From assembly GCA_025453525.1 (NCBI GenBank), contig JALOQD010000029.1, positions 1 to 43,958 of the forward strand: 43,958 bases of DNA. Direction: 5' to 3'. The stretch comes from Myxococcota bacterium. Its GTDB lineage: Bacteria > Myxococcota_A > Polyangia > JAAYKL01. The position numbers were made by a program, and so were the translations under genes. Shown here in pieces: positions 43,500-43,958 of the stretch. How positions within the stretch are numbered: the stretch's first letter is position 1; the number at the start of each line of letters is the position of its first letter. The notes under the pieces are model-generated. The model saw only the letters and a list, made by a program, of their open reading frames with translations, was not told the DNA's origin and made no database searches.

Positions 43500-43727
43500 T
43501 CAATCGCTCACGTCGTCATCGTCGGCGGCCAGCCAGGCTTCGTATTGAGCCAGCGTGACCGCATAGCGTGCGAAGTTCCCTTCGTGAATGCCCACCAGCT
43601 TTGCTTCGACCGTTGCGATGAAACGCGCTCTGTGTTCGGCGGGAATATGCCCTTGGGTCCACTTTTGGGCGAGCTCGAGCGCCTTTGAGGCAGGCGCGCG
43701 GTTACGCAGTATCGCGACAGCAAACAT
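43500..43727 (-). CDS. hypothetical 75-aa protein (speculatively ribbon-helix-helix-like)
   Basis: The ATG is embedded in the half-site array (ATTGTGACATG). Short N-terminal strand-like MFAVAILRNR, then two predicted helices (SKALELAQKW / AEHRARFIATVEAKL) and an acidic tail DDDDVSD. A perfect 14-bp palindrome GCGCAAGCTTGCGC (43459-72) follows the stop. Confidence 0.45.
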   Translation of the reverse strand: MFAVAILRNRAPASKALELAQKWTQGHIPAEHRARFIATVEAKLVGIHEGNFARYAVTLAQYEAWLAADDDDVSD

Positions 43728-43785
43728 GTCACAATTTTGGTATCGTGACAGCGAACTGTCGCGATTGACGTTTTGTTGTCACAAT
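43711..43785. promoter_or_regulatory. array of five alternating 9-bp half-sites (operator/iteron-like)
   Basis: ATCGCGACA(43711-19), TGTCACAAT(43727-35), ATCGTGACA(43742-50), TGTCGCGAT(43757-65), TGTCACAAT(43777-85). Orientation alternates for the first four sites; the fifth repeats the orientation of the fourth. Start-to-start spacing is 16/15/15/20 bp. The consensus ATYGYGACA is the same as at 41686-41730. Confidence 0.5.
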
Positions 43786-43884
43786 TCCACCGCGTTCATC
43801 CCAAGGCTGTGCGGACTTGGGGTCGAAAATATCCAACGACCCGCTTACGAGCCGAAAATTGGCCAGGGGATCTGCGGACTGATC
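43729..43884 (-). pseudogene. probable degraded 3' end of a further AAA+/PD-(D/E)XK paralogue
   Basis: My reverse-strand translation gives ...LANFRLVSGSLDIFDPKSAQPWDERGGIV...*. The intact gene has ...GYLVIFDPRSTVPWEERGGIE.... An in-frame TAA at 43885-87 interrupts it, and upstream similarity is only arguable in another frame. Confidence 0.35.
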
Positions 43885-43958
43885 TTATGGTCAGGATGTC
43901 CCTCTTCAGCGTAGCCCCGGAACCAAGGTCAACATAGCGGTGCTCGCGGCGGAAGCGT

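Noticed and set aside
39338-43958. Calling the right-hand region a bona fide mobile element or a known defence system
   Set aside because: I could recognise no integrase, recombinase or transposase, and no signature of a named defence system. Only the repeat geometry and the gene content are suggestive.

Overview
GC-rich bacterial chromosomal window with lipobox lipoproteins and a Tat signal peptide. I recognised no rRNA, tRNA, CRISPR array, integrase or transposase. About 45 CDSs are supportable. (1) 1-17 kb holds envelope and housekeeping-type genes: an S1 protease / membrane protein / lipoprotein operon, a lipoprotein with a (Gly-Glu)~23 linker, a methyltransferase / GT4 / PlsC-hydrolase fusion cluster, an Npt/TLC-like transporter, MscS, a chalcone-isomerase-like protein, a cNMP-binding protein, a CapA-like lipoprotein and a Cys-rich secreted hydrolase. 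(2) 17.4-24.3 kb is an anaerobe-style oxidative-stress block: a Tat-Rieske protein plus a DUF2231-like protein, ferritin, flavodiiron protein, a rubredoxin that the ORF track misses, two rubrerythrin-like diiron proteins and IorAB. A ~60-80 nt conserved element, each copy carrying a short uORF, sits upstream of two of these units. (3) An ornithine cyclodeaminase-family gene is followed by a composite palindromic (REP-like) repeat cluster. (4) The dTDP-rhamnose genes rfbA-rfbC-rfbB (+) and rfbD (-) bracket a visibly lower-GC, tightly coupled operon (28.3-38.5 kb). It encodes two radical-SAM/SPASM domains, four SAM-methyltransferase domains and three glycosyltransferase domains, including an 878-aa Trm112-MTase-rSAM fusion and a ~1150-aa MTase-GT4-GT4-TPR protein. 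(5) 39.4-43.96 kb is an accessory patch. It contains an AAA+/PD-(D/E)XK gene, two relics of its 3' end (one a 74-bp ~95% direct repeat that flanks a 2.3-kb cassette of two unknown genes), and two arrays of alternating ATYGYGACA half-sites. The best novelty candidates are the radical-SAM-rich rhamnan-tailoring island, the repeat-flanked unknown cassette with its half-site arrays, and the shared element/uORF upstream of the O2-stress operons. All calls rest on motif recognition by eye; no database search was run.
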